Positions 40,654 to 41,622 of a DNA stretch of 41,622 nucleotides are shown here, piece by piece (position 1 is the first letter of the stretch; the number at the start of each line of letters is the position of its first letter). A program made the translations under genes and the position numbers. Origin of the DNA: Pseudomonadota bacterium (GTDB lineage: Bacteria; Bdellovibrionota; FAC87; UBA2466); the NCBI GenBank assembly GCA_043718025.1, contig JAYSWN010000024.1, forward strand, positions 1-41,622. The letters are read 5' to 3'. The notes beneath the pieces are model-generated. The model saw only the letters and a program-made list of their open reading frames with translations. It did no database searches and had not been told where the DNA came from.

Positions 40654-41520
40654 ATGCCAAACATGCGCCGTGAGCCCAAAGGGGCTGAAAAAAAGACAGT
40701 TCTCCTCTTCTCCCGTTCAAAGTCCAAAGAGGCGGACAAGACTAAGGCCGAGCTACTAAAGCTTTTGAAAAAGGCAGGTTACGCAGTACGCGATGCGTCT
40801 CAAGGTGACGGCCCCATCATCACCAAACCCAGCGAATCAATAGCGTTGGGGGTAGTCATAGGTGGCGATGGAACCTTTTTAAGGTTGGTGCGGCGGCTAG
40901 AACAGAAAGATGAATTTCCCATCTTGGGAATCAATTTAGGTTCTCTGGGTTTTATTACTCAGATCAGTCCTGAAGACATGAAAGAGACGGTTCTGGACGC
41001 GTTAGCCGGCAAATTGGCCGAAGAGCGCCGCTTTTTACTTAAGATTGAAGTGATTCGCGATAAAAAAATCGTGGAGACGAACATGGTGTTTAATGACGCC
41101 GCGATTTCCAAGGATGCGAAAACTTCAATGATGAAGTTCGATGTGATGATGGGAAGTGAGCTACTTTCCAATGTACGTGCCGATGGCTACATTGTTGCCA
41201 CACCAACCGGTTCCACGGCTTACAATTTATCATCGGGTGGCCCACTGCTTCATCCGGATTTACCGGGCATGGCGTTGCTTCCCATTTGCGCGCACTCTCT
41301 CTCTTCGCGTCCAATCGTGATACCCTCTCATGTAAGGTTGGAGATTCGGCTTCGAGAATTTAGTGGCAAGAGTTACTTGGTTTACGATGGTCAGGTAACT
41401 ACTGAAGTGGAGCCCGGAGATACCATCGCGATTAGGGTAGCTGAACCGTGCCTCAGAATGGTGCGGCCAGCAAAAAAGACCTGGGTTGAAGCTATTCGTA
41501 CGAAACTATCGATGATGTAA
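40654..41520 (+). CDS. nadK: NAD(+) kinase
   Basis: GGDGT, GINLGSLGF, ND motif, TPTGSTAY. Confidence 0.95.
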   Translation: MPNMRREPKGAEKKTVLLFSRSKSKEADKTKAELLKLLKKAGYAVRDASQGDGPIITKPSESIALGVVIGGDGTFLRLVRRLEQKDEFPILGINLGSLGFITQISPEDMKETVLDALAGKLAEERRFLLKIEVIRDKKIVETNMVFNDAAISKDAKTSMMKFDVMMGSELLSNVRADGYIVATPTGSTAYNLSSGGPLLHPDLPGMALLPICAHSLSSRPIVIPSHVRLEIRLREFSGKSYLVYDGQVTTEVEPGDTIAIRVAEPCLRMVRPAKKTWVEAIRTKLSMM

Positions 41521-41553
41521 GTGTGAGGCCAGCCCTCACTGGGGGCATTTCAA

Positions 41554-41622
41554 TTGATCCTGTCCGAGATAGTGGAAGAAATTCGCCGGCAGCCAAAATT
41601 GATTTTGGCCGATGACTATGAG
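41554..41622 (+). CDS. Possible 5' fragment of a CDS (receiver-domain-like start), truncated by the window
   Basis: Open frame from TTG: LILSEIVEEIRRQPKLILADDYE. ILADD resembles the first strand and acidic pocket of a receiver domain. Only 23 codons are visible. Confidence 0.3.
   Translation, partial: MILSEIVEEIRRQPKLILADDYE

Overview
Chromosomal origin region of a Gram-negative bacterium. The gene order and protein styles suggest a Bdellovibrionota/deltaproteobacteria-like lineage (inference): gyrA-TPR lipoprotein-atpZ/I-atpB-atpE, a c-subunit with an N-terminal extension, a GYF_2-TM-TPR protein and a UshA-like/multiheme fusion. The left end carries the conserved mnmE(partial)-yidC-yidD-rnpA-rpmH block on the minus strand and dnaA on the plus strand. 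Unexpectedly, a GT-C/PIG-B(ALG9)-like membrane glycosyltransferase gene flanked by a 9-bp direct repeat lies between dnaA and a clear oriC. The oriC has about 12 DnaA-box-like 9-mers, DnaA-trios and an AT-rich tract, and is followed by dnaN-gyrB-gyrA with no recF. A second, helically phased cluster of DnaA boxes without an unwinding element sits about 7.3 kb from oriC, between the atpZ/I-family gene and atpB; this is the most intriguing unexplained structure. Both gyrase subunits carry residues equivalent to known quinolone-resistance substitutions. The remainder is housekeeping, envelope and redox genes: uvrA, PMM/PGM, two parvulin PPIases, UshA-like tetraheme protein, ampG, SCO, GT4, 2Fe-2S ferredoxin, two redoxins, HK plus sigma54 RR, ftsY, Na/Pi cotransporter, TPR protein, serS, HEAT protein, S8 protease and nadK. 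I saw no rRNA, tRNA, CRISPR array or transposase. All calls come from reading motifs by eye; no database searches were run.
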